Shown one piece after another: positions 8,683 to 15,645 of a stretch of 16,975 nt of DNA. The stretch is from contig JAOZPT010000024.1 in the NCBI GenBank assembly GCA_029932605.1, positions 1-16,975 on the forward strand, in the 5' to 3' direction. The notes under the pieces are model-generated. The model did not search any database, had not been told where the DNA came from, and was given only the letters and a program-made list of their open reading frames with translations. A program made the position numbers and the translations under genes. The first letter of the stretch is position 1; the number at the start of each line of letters is the position of its first letter. Source of the stretch: Candidatus Zixiibacteriota bacterium. GTDB lineage: Bacteria; Zixibacteria; MSB-5A5; UBA10806; 4484-95.

Positions 8683-10106
8683 TTTACGTTTATGGGCAAA
8701 AAAAGGATTATTGTAGCGATTTAACAACGGCTTTGAATAGTAAGTCGTTTGAGGTTCAGGTATTTGACGATAGGCAATCTCTTGGTTCGGCTTTTAAAAG
8801 AGCTGTTCCTCAGGGTGTGTTTTACGATTTGCGATTTGAGTCCGATGTCCCACGTATACTTGAAAAAATATATTTGGAAGATCCTGAAATCGTTGTTCTG
8901 GGGGTTGCCGAAACTCATCTTGAGATATTCGGACAATACACCGACCAGTTGTTTCTGCCTCATAAGAGTTTTGAAGAGATAGCGAACGGTTTTGTTGAAC
9001 ATCTAAACGACAGGCAACTTCTTGCCAGCTGTAACCTTGTCGGTCGTTCGATAGAGCTTGTCGGTGTTGCCCGAATGATTCAACAGGTTGGTCCAACAGA
9101 TATCACTGTTTTGATAACCGGTCCGTCGGGAGTTGGCAAGGAAATGGTGGCTCGTGCCCTCCATGCTAAATCGGGAAAACCCGGGGAGAAGTTTATAGGC
9201 ATTAATATTAGTTCTCTGGCTCCAGGGGTATTAGAGTCAGAGCTATTTGGCCATGAGAGAGGGGCGTTTACAGGTGCGGTGAGCAGAAGGATTGGCCATT
9301 TCGAGTTAGCTACTGGTGGGACATTGTTTCTTGATGAGATTGGTGATTTACCACCTGACCTCCAGGTAAAGCTTCTGAGAGTATTAGAGGATAAAAGTTT
9401 TTTCCGTGTCGGCGGTCATAAAAGCATCTCTACCAATGCCCGGTTTATTTTCGCTACCAACAAAAACCTTGCTGATGAAGTGGCGGCTGGTAGATTCAGG
9501 CAGGATTTATTTTACCGGCTGAACGTGGTCAATATAACTATCCCACCATTGTCAGCTCGTCCCAAGGATATACCACCATTGGTAAAAGAGTTTATCATGA
9601 AGTCCCGTTATTCGGCTTATACAGGTGCCCATCCTGTAGAACCGGGAGCCATGAAGATGTTTTTGAGATATCATTGGCCAGGCAATGTTCGTGAATTGAA
9701 GAACGTTATTGAATCTCTTCTCATTTTATCCGAAAAAGGCGTTGTGACCAAGAGGGCTTTTGAGAATTACCTACAGGAGAAGTCACTCCATGACAGAAGC
9801 TTGCCTGTGCCGACAGGCAGATCACCCCAAAGCGCCGAACATCAGTTGATAATACAGGCAATTTTATCGTTAAAAGAGGAAATTAACGCATTACGCGGGT
9901 ATTTAGTAGAAAATCTGCAACTGAACCTGACCAACAATGCCCAGCTTCCAGACCAACAGCAAAGTCTAAATTTGGGTGATAACGAAAAAAATATCATAGC
10001 CAAAACCCTTCAGGAAGTGGGAGGTAATCGCAAACGGGCAGCGGCTCTTTTAGGTATAGGGGAACGAACTTTATACCGGAAATTAGACAAATACGGATTA
10101 AAATAA
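8679..10106 (+). CDS. Sigma54-dependent transcriptional activator (NtrC/Fis family) with a degenerate N-terminal receiver-like domain
   Basis: Walker A GPSGVGKE, ELFGHERGAFTGA, Walker B TLFLDEIG, FRQDLFYRL, WPGNVREL, and Fis-type HTH GNRKRAAALLGIGERTLYRKL. ATGA overlap with rnr. Confidence 0.93.
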   Translation: MIYVYGQKKDYCSDLTTALNSKSFEVQVFDDRQSLGSAFKRAVPQGVFYDLRFESDVPRILEKIYLEDPEIVVLGVAETHLEIFGQYTDQLFLPHKSFEEIANGFVEHLNDRQLLASCNLVGRSIELVGVARMIQQVGPTDITVLITGPSGVGKEMVARALHAKSGKPGEKFIGINISSLAPGVLESELFGHERGAFTGAVSRRIGHFELATGGTLFLDEIGDLPPDLQVKLLRVLEDKSFFRVGGHKSISTNARFIFATNKNLADEVAAGRFRQDLFYRLNVVNITIPPLSARPKDIPPLVKEFIMKSRYSAYTGAHPVEPGAMKMFLRYHWPGNVRELKNVIESLLILSEKGVVTKRAFENYLQEKSLHDRSLPVPTGRSPQSAEHQLIIQAILSLKEEINALRGYLVENLQLNLTNNAQLPDQQQSLNLGDNEKNIIAKTLQEVGGNRKRAAALLGIGERTLYRKLDKYGLK

Positions 10107-11602
10107 TTAAGCATTCATTTTTTTTTATTTATTTAATCCTGGTGTCCTCAAGCTCTGCCTCGTGGATATATAGTCTGGATTGCCTTGATGACATATACCA
10201 GAGCTATTATCAGGACGAAATCGATTATGATGTTTTTTCAATGCTGGTTGACTTATATGATATAGGGGATTTAAAACCGGAAGACCTTCAGGCAGTTGGA
10301 GCATTTGAAATGAATGACCCTTCAATTGTGTCGAATATTTCACCTGATAACAGGTTTTGGTTAAATCTCTTGGCCCCGAAGAAGGGGAAGGTTGGTGTCC
10401 GACGTTACAGCCGGGATTTTGACAGGATTACGGGCAAGTTTTTTTTTGATATACAACCTCAGGGAGCGAGGTTACAGGCGGAGCTAAGATCTAACGACGG
10501 AGAATATTACTGGGGGAAAAGGGCAATATTTTGGGCCGTGGGGCCACTGGAATTAACCGCAGGCAATTATATTGTCTCTGAGGGCTTCGGTCTGGCTATT
10601 GGCCGATTGGATTATCGACCCAGCGCGGGGTTTAGTAATGACAATTTTGAATTCGATTTTTTGTATCCTACAGATAGTTTTTATAACGGTCTGAAATTGG
10701 ATGTGAAAAATGGTAGTTTCGGAGAGAGATTTTATTACTCTGAAAAAAAGTATAGTAGCGCAAAAAAGATATTTATAGGTTCTGGTGTTGTTTTTAAGAA
10801 GAGGGGGTTAACAGCTGGTATCTCTGCTGGCTTGAATAACTTCGATAATCTTGATGTTGTTGATAAGAGATTTACCGTTGGCTTAAATTTTAAAATAGAG
10901 AACAAATTGTCTTCTATTGCCGGTGAGTATGCAAGCGTGGAACAGTCCGGTGGGTTGTTTTTAAAGGGATTACGTTGGTTTGATGATATGGCGATAAGTA
11001 CCGAGTTTTGGCGTTATAGTGATAATTTCAACAATTATAATTGTTCAGGCCCTTCCGCCACAGATTACAGTTCATTTTATCCTGGTGGGCAGGAGTTGGG
11101 TTTTCGTTCTGCACAGGCTGGTGAGACCGGTTTAGCTGTCAATTTTACCAGAAGGTATCTCTCTATCGGTTTCCAATTCTGGAGACAATCTTATGAAAGA
11201 CAGGTTAAATCATCATTTAATTTAAGACTCTTTGGACGGTTAAAAGATAATCTGAGTGCCGTATTTCAAACCGTATCTATGTTTAAAGATCAAAACAGTT
11301 ATCTCTGGTTGAGAACTGGTTTCTGGCAGGATGAAAGACCGTTGTTGAAGCGGTGTGGCTTTAAATTATATTTTAATGAAAATGCAAAAATTATTGGCAA
11401 CAGAAGTTATTCTTATATCGATTTTTTATATGGTCTTGAGGGGCAATTAAATATATTTTTAAAGCTTAGAAATTATTCCGATGGTAAAGCGCGTTGGTTT
11501 TTCGGTGAGGAGCTTAATCTTACAAACGGCATAAATATCAATGCAGAGGTGGTTATTTTTAAGGGTAAAAAAGTTAATTTAAAAATTGAGAAACTACTAT
11601 GA
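10106..11602 (+). CDS. Exported, probably outer-membrane beta-rich protein related to FCB-group ComEA/helix-hairpin-helix-associated barrel proteins
   Basis: The frame is open upstream of GTG 10142 to ATT 10106, adding a signal-like (M)KHSFFFIYLILVSSSSA. It has an acidic N-terminal segment, LTAGNYIVSEGFGLAIG, FWRYSDNFNN, AGETGL and alternating aromatic beta-strands. Family assignment is from recalled motif resemblance and the start is uncertain. Confidence 0.55.
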   Translation: MKHSFFFIYLILVSSSSASWIYSLDCLDDIYQSYYQDEIDYDVFSMLVDLYDIGDLKPEDLQAVGAFEMNDPSIVSNISPDNRFWLNLLAPKKGKVGVRRYSRDFDRITGKFFFDIQPQGARLQAELRSNDGEYYWGKRAIFWAVGPLELTAGNYIVSEGFGLAIGRLDYRPSAGFSNDNFEFDFLYPTDSFYNGLKLDVKNGSFGERFYYSEKKYSSAKKIFIGSGVVFKKRGLTAGISAGLNNFDNLDVVDKRFTVGLNFKIENKLSSIAGEYASVEQSGGLFLKGLRWFDDMAISTEFWRYSDNFNNYNCSGPSATDYSSFYPGGQELGFRSAQAGETGLAVNFTRRYLSIGFQFWRQSYERQVKSSFNLRLFGRLKDNLSAVFQTVSMFKDQNSYLWLRTGFWQDERPLLKRCGFKLYFNENAKIIGNRSYSYIDFLYGLEGQLNIFLKLRNYSDGKARWFFGEELNLTNGININAEVVIFKGKKVNLKIEKLL

Positions 11603-12459
11603 TGACATTTTTTAAAGTTTCTATATTTGTTGTCTGTTTTAGCCAGGTTTCTATTGGAGAGATAGTACTGAGCGAGATATTATCAAACGAGCCGGGAAAC
11701 CGTGTCCTTTTAGAGTGGTTGGAGGTTTATAACAACAATCCGGTTGCTGAGGATTTGGGTGATTATATCCTTGTGGAGGGCGAAGATTCGTTATCTTTTC
11801 CTGAAGGTTCATCTGTTCCGGCTTTTTCTTATGCTGTTTTGTGCAGGAGGTTAGAACCGATCGATGGCAGTGATTGTTTTGAATATCACTGGGGCGATTC
11901 ATCAGGTGTCTGGGGAGATTCTCCCTCTGAGAATTGTATAGCTTTCCAGATAAACATATCGCTTGGCAATGACAGTGGAGCCATCTATCTGTTAAGTGAC
12001 AATGGTCAGGTTATCGACCAATATGCCTGGGAACAGGCCTCTGATGATGGGCGAAGTGTAGAGCGAGATGACGTAAACGCCCCAATATCCTTGTGGCATC
12101 CATGTTATGACCCTACTGGTTCAACGCCGGGACAACCTAATTCATCAAAACCTTCTGACCAACGGGAATATCTTCTTGATGTTTCCCCGCAGGTTATAAG
12201 CTTGTCTGGTCCTGAAAGGTCTGTCGTTATATCATATGCCGCTCCGGCAGGTGCGGAAATCAGTGTATTGGTATATGATGATTCGGCTCGAAAACGGGCG
12301 GTTCTCCTTGAAAACTCGCAATCACCGTTTGGCACCATTATCTGGCAGGGTTTGGGTGACGATGGCAAACAACTTCCACCTGGTTTGTATCTGATTTCGT
12401 TTATAGTTGGCGGTTCAATTAACTCTCATAAGGTTATCCCTCTGGTGATTTCCCCATGA
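11599..12459 (+). CDS. Secreted lamin-tail-domain (LTD) protein with a C-terminal FlgD-Ig / T9SS-sorting-like domain
   Basis: Signal peptide, then IVLSEILSNEP...EWLEVYN, LGNDSGAIYL...VIDQ, GRSVER, GSTPGQPNS (LTD signatures). C-terminal IIWQGLGDDGKQLPPGLYLI (FlgD-Ig-like). Confidence 0.8.
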   Translation: MMTFFKVSIFVVCFSQVSIGEIVLSEILSNEPGNRVLLEWLEVYNNNPVAEDLGDYILVEGEDSLSFPEGSSVPAFSYAVLCRRLEPIDGSDCFEYHWGDSSGVWGDSPSENCIAFQINISLGNDSGAIYLLSDNGQVIDQYAWEQASDDGRSVERDDVNAPISLWHPCYDPTGSTPGQPNSSKPSDQREYLLDVSPQVISLSGPERSVVISYAAPAGAEISVLVYDDSARKRAVLLENSQSPFGTIIWQGLGDDGKQLPPGLYLISFIVGGSINSHKVIPLVISP

Positions 12460-13244
12460 AATACAAAAAGCAAGACAAATTAGTTCTAATGATATTGATT
12501 TTGCTCACGCCAGTGGCATTTTGTCTTGAGGGCCCCGACTTTATGCTTATTGGCGATTATTATATTCCTACGGGTAATGGATTTTGTATCACTGCCAAAT
12601 CTTATGACAAGGCGGGTCTTAGTACTGTTTTTCGAAGCGCCTCGCTCTATGGAGTTGGTTCTTTGAAATGGATAAACAGCGGAGTAAAATTATATTCGCA
12701 ATTTGGGTCAGTGGGCGTTGTTTTTCGAGATTATGGTATTAATGATTTATATTCATCCACCGCTTTTAAGATTTTTTTAAAGAAATAAATTTTATGGAAA
12801 AATTCTTTTGGAGCAAGTTATTCTCATAATTATTAAATTTATTGTGACGATACTTAACGGTCATCACATGATGAAATCTCGTTTACTGCAGGCTGGTCAT
12901 TGCATGATTTAAATATTGCCATATTGATTGATAATAAGTCACTTAATAATAAAAATGGTTATTCTGATGAGCTGGAATTTATTATATCTGGTTGCTGGTC
13001 AGCCAATGAAATTCTATCATTTTATGGGGTTTATTTTAAGGATAAGCTTGACAAAAACAGGTTTTTAATTGGCCAGAAATTAGAGCTGATTAAGCCGTTG
13101 ATAATAGAGGCTGGATTTTTAAGTGGTCCTGAGATATATTTTGTGGGTTTGGAAGTTGTTTACAAAAGACTTGTTTTTGGTTATACTTTTTTCGATGTAG
13201 GTGCCTTACCGGATTGTTCGAGGTTAACCCTATCATATCGGTGA
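12456..13244 (+). pseudogene. Single ~262-codon outer-membrane beta-barrel-like gene (PorV/PorQ-like) interrupted by three in-frame TAA codons (pseudogene or sequence error)
   Basis: Track ORFs 12456-12788 and 12900-13244 share a frame. The gap reads KK*ILWKNSFGASYSHNY*IYCDDT*RSSHDEISFTAGWSL with TAA at 12786, 12834 and 12855. It has an N-terminal signal peptide and a barrel-type C-terminal strand (SRLTLSYR). Confidence 0.65.
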
Positions 13245-13248
13245 GATA

Positions 13249-14406
13249 ATGTCGATAGTAGAAGAGCTTGAAAAAAGAGAGGAAGAGAGCTTGGCTCCGT
13301 ATGCGATGAAATCAAGTATGTCTCGTGGGCGACAGTATGACGAGCCAAAACACCCTTATCGCACAGAATTTCAACGCGACCGCGAGCGGATAATACACTC
13401 TACATCTTTCCGCCGTCTTGAATACAAAACTCAGGTTTTCGTAAACCATGAGGGTGACCACTACCGCACACGGTTGACACATACTATCGAGGTTTCACAG
13501 ATCGCTCGATGTATTGCCCGAGCTCTCAGGTTAAATGAGGATTTGACCGAGGGTATAGCTCTGGCTCATGATCTGGGACATACACCATTTGGTCACTCAG
13601 GAGAGTTGACTCTTAACAAGCTGATGGAGGAACATGGCGGTTTTGAGCATAACCGTCAGGGTTTGCGTGTGGTGGATTACCTTGAACACCGCTACCCTGA
13701 TTTTCAGGGATTGAACCTGACTTTTGAACTAAGGGAAGGAATTTTAAAGCATGAGACCGTTTATGACAACCCCTCCTGTCCACCGGAGATGTTTCCCTTG
13801 GAGAGACCCAGCCTCGAATGCCAGGTTATTAATATAGCGGATGAGATAGCTTACACATGCCATGATGTCGACGATGGTTTGAGCTCCGGTTTGATTTCTG
13901 TGGAAGATTTGTTAAAGCTTGAACTCTGGAAAAAGGTTCATGATGGCTTGGTTAAAAAATATCCCGCTATCAGGGAATCGCCATATTACCGTTATCAGAT
14001 GATAAAGATGCTTATTAACGAGATGGTCACCGATGCCTTAAAGACCAGCCTTGAGGTTCTTGAAAAACATGCTCCGAAAAATCCTGATGATGTAAGGCGA
14101 CAATCACATAATCTGATACGCCGTTCCCAGCGGATGCAGGAGCTTGATGCTCAGATAAAGCAATTTTTGTATGAGAATATGTATCGTCACTATCGCCTTG
14201 TAAGAATGGCCGAAAAAGCCGAGCTGATCATAACAACTCTGTTTAAGGCTTATACAAGCAATATCGATCAACTGCCACCGGGTTTCCGGAAAAGGATTGA
14301 AAATGAGGATGCCAATTTGGTGGTGGCTGATTATATTGCCGGTATGACCGACCGCTTTGCCGGTCAGGAGTATAAAAAGATGATAGAGCCGTTTGAGCCG
14401 GTGTGA
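13249..14406 (+). CDS. dgt: Deoxyguanosinetriphosphate triphosphohydrolase (dGTPase-like, HD superfamily)
   Basis: RTEFQRDRERIIHSTSFRRLEYKTQVF, RTRLTHTIEV, HDLGHTPFGHSGE, FEHN.QG.RVVD.LE, ADEIAY..HDVDDG, DYIAGMTDRFA. Confidence 0.95.
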   Translation: MSIVEELEKREEESLAPYAMKSSMSRGRQYDEPKHPYRTEFQRDRERIIHSTSFRRLEYKTQVFVNHEGDHYRTRLTHTIEVSQIARCIARALRLNEDLTEGIALAHDLGHTPFGHSGELTLNKLMEEHGGFEHNRQGLRVVDYLEHRYPDFQGLNLTFELREGILKHETVYDNPSCPPEMFPLERPSLECQVINIADEIAYTCHDVDDGLSSGLISVEDLLKLELWKKVHDGLVKKYPAIRESPYYRYQMIKMLINEMVTDALKTSLEVLEKHAPKNPDDVRRQSHNLIRRSQRMQELDAQIKQFLYENMYRHYRLVRMAEKAELIITTLFKAYTSNIDQLPPGFRKRIENEDANLVVADYIAGMTDRFAGQEYKKMIEPFEPV

Positions 14407-14422
14407 AAGTTAGAGAATGATG

Positions 14423-14450
14423 TTGACAGTGTTGAAAAAACTGTTAAGTT
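14423..14450 (+). promoter_or_regulatory. Candidate sigma70 promoter overlapping an inverted repeat, upstream of the squalene synthase gene
   Basis: TTGACA (14423-14428), 16 nt, TAAGTT (14445-14450) with TG at 14442-14443. Arms TTGACAGT (14423-14430) and ACTGTTAA (14440-14447) are a 7/8 inverted repeat. Confidence 0.45.
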
Positions 14451-14456
14451 AGGGAA

Positions 14457-15524
14457 ATGTTATTGAAGGAAAATATCGAGAATAATTTGAACGATGCTAT
14501 CCGTTTTACCGAGGAGATATTACCTAGTGTGTCACGGACATTTTATTTGGCCATCAAATTTTTGCCTAAAAAACTGGGACATCCGGTAGGACTGGCTTAC
14601 CTCTTATGCCGTATAGCTGACACCTATGAGGATTCATTGATATTAAGCCCCTCGCAAAGAAAGGATAATCTTTTAAAATACTCAAAACTTTTATCTACTC
14701 CAAATGGTTATGATGAAGATATCTTGAATGACCTGAAGAACTCTTTTGTTGATTACCAGCAATATTTGGATATTTCTCACTCTATAGATCATTTACCTAA
14801 TATAAAGCTGGTGGAAAATATCGACATGGTTTTAACGGCCTTTGATTCTCTGCCCGAAAACTACCGGAAGCATATTTTCCCGAGGGTGCGGGAGATGGCT
14901 GAGGGTATGGCGACTTATACAACCTTTGCTGGTAGTAATGAACCCTATGTCTATTATTTAAGGGACGAAAATGACTGGGATAAGTATTGTTACTATGTTG
15001 CTGGAACGGTTGGCCATATGCTGACTGATATTTTCTCCGACTATGCCGGATTTTCGAATAATACAAGACAGAGACTTCATATCCTGGGCAGGTCTTTCGG
15101 ACTTGGTTTGCAAAAGGTTAATATCTTAAAGGATGCCGTTATCGATACAAAAAGAGGAATATGTTTTTTGCCCCGAACACTTATCGAAAGGTATGGCATA
15201 TCGTTCCCCGGTCATTTTAAAGGGGATATAGCAGGCTTGGTTAGCAAAGTTGTCGAGATATGCCGTTTTCATTTTCAGGATTCCCTTGAGTATATAAAGC
15301 TTGTTCCTAAGAAGTACCTTGGCCTAAGAATGTTTCTAATAGTCCCCTTAATGCTGGCTGCCAAGACACTGAGATTATTTACCGATTACCCACACAGACT
15401 ACTTGATAAAGGAGATCTCAAACTTGCCAGAGATGAGGTCTGGAAACTTGTGAAGTGGTCCTCATTGTATAAATTCTCAAACCGCTTGCTTCTTTCAGCT
15501 TTTGAGAGAACATACCCGGCGTAG
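14457..15524 (+). CDS. Squalene/phytoene synthase family protein, closest in motifs to squalene synthase (farnesyl-diphosphate farnesyltransferase)
   Basis: VSRTFYLAI, YLLCRIADTYED (DxxED), YCYYVAGTVG, FGLGLQKVNILKD (NxxxD), RGICFLP. Confidence 0.88.
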   Translation: MLLKENIENNLNDAIRFTEEILPSVSRTFYLAIKFLPKKLGHPVGLAYLLCRIADTYEDSLILSPSQRKDNLLKYSKLLSTPNGYDEDILNDLKNSFVDYQQYLDISHSIDHLPNIKLVENIDMVLTAFDSLPENYRKHIFPRVREMAEGMATYTTFAGSNEPYVYYLRDENDWDKYCYYVAGTVGHMLTDIFSDYAGFSNNTRQRLHILGRSFGLGLQKVNILKDAVIDTKRGICFLPRTLIERYGISFPGHFKGDIAGLVSKVVEICRFHFQDSLEYIKLVPKKYLGLRMFLIVPLMLAAKTLRLFTDYPHRLLDKGDLKLARDEVWKLVKWSSLYKFSNRLLLSAFERTYPA

Positions 15525-15534
15525 AATATTTTTC

Positions 15535-15562
15535 TTGACAACCTATTATGCTTTATTAAATT
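15535..15562 (+). promoter_or_regulatory. Candidate sigma70 promoter for the LVIVD-repeat gene
   Basis: Perfect TTGACA (15535-15540) with TAAATT 16 nt later (15557-15562) in an AT-rich intergenic region. SD-like AAGGGGA lies 6 nt before ATG 15646. Confidence 0.45.
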
Positions 15563-15645
15563 TAGTTAAAGGTAAACGTTTATAATAAGAGAGAAGTATC
15601 AGTTTAGTATTAAAGACCGTTTATTAACAAAAAAGGGGATAAATC

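Noticed and set aside
12786..12857. Genome-wide reassignment of TAA to a sense codon
   Set aside because: Thousands of codons in selA, selB, rnr, dgt and others contain no in-frame TAA, and the sigma54 activator ends at TAA exactly after its HTH.
10..15066. Minus-strand ORFs and short alternative-frame plus-strand ORFs in the track (e.g. 10-456, 899-1243, 4305-4676, 8749-8982, 14797-15066)
   Set aside because: They lie wholly or almost wholly within well-supported plus-strand genes, have no recognisable motifs, and are best explained as shadow ORFs.
14407..15645. Sigma54 (-24/-12) promoter as a local target of the activator
   Set aside because: No TGGCAC-N5-TTGC-like motif was seen in the intergenic regions; only sigma70-like boxes were found.
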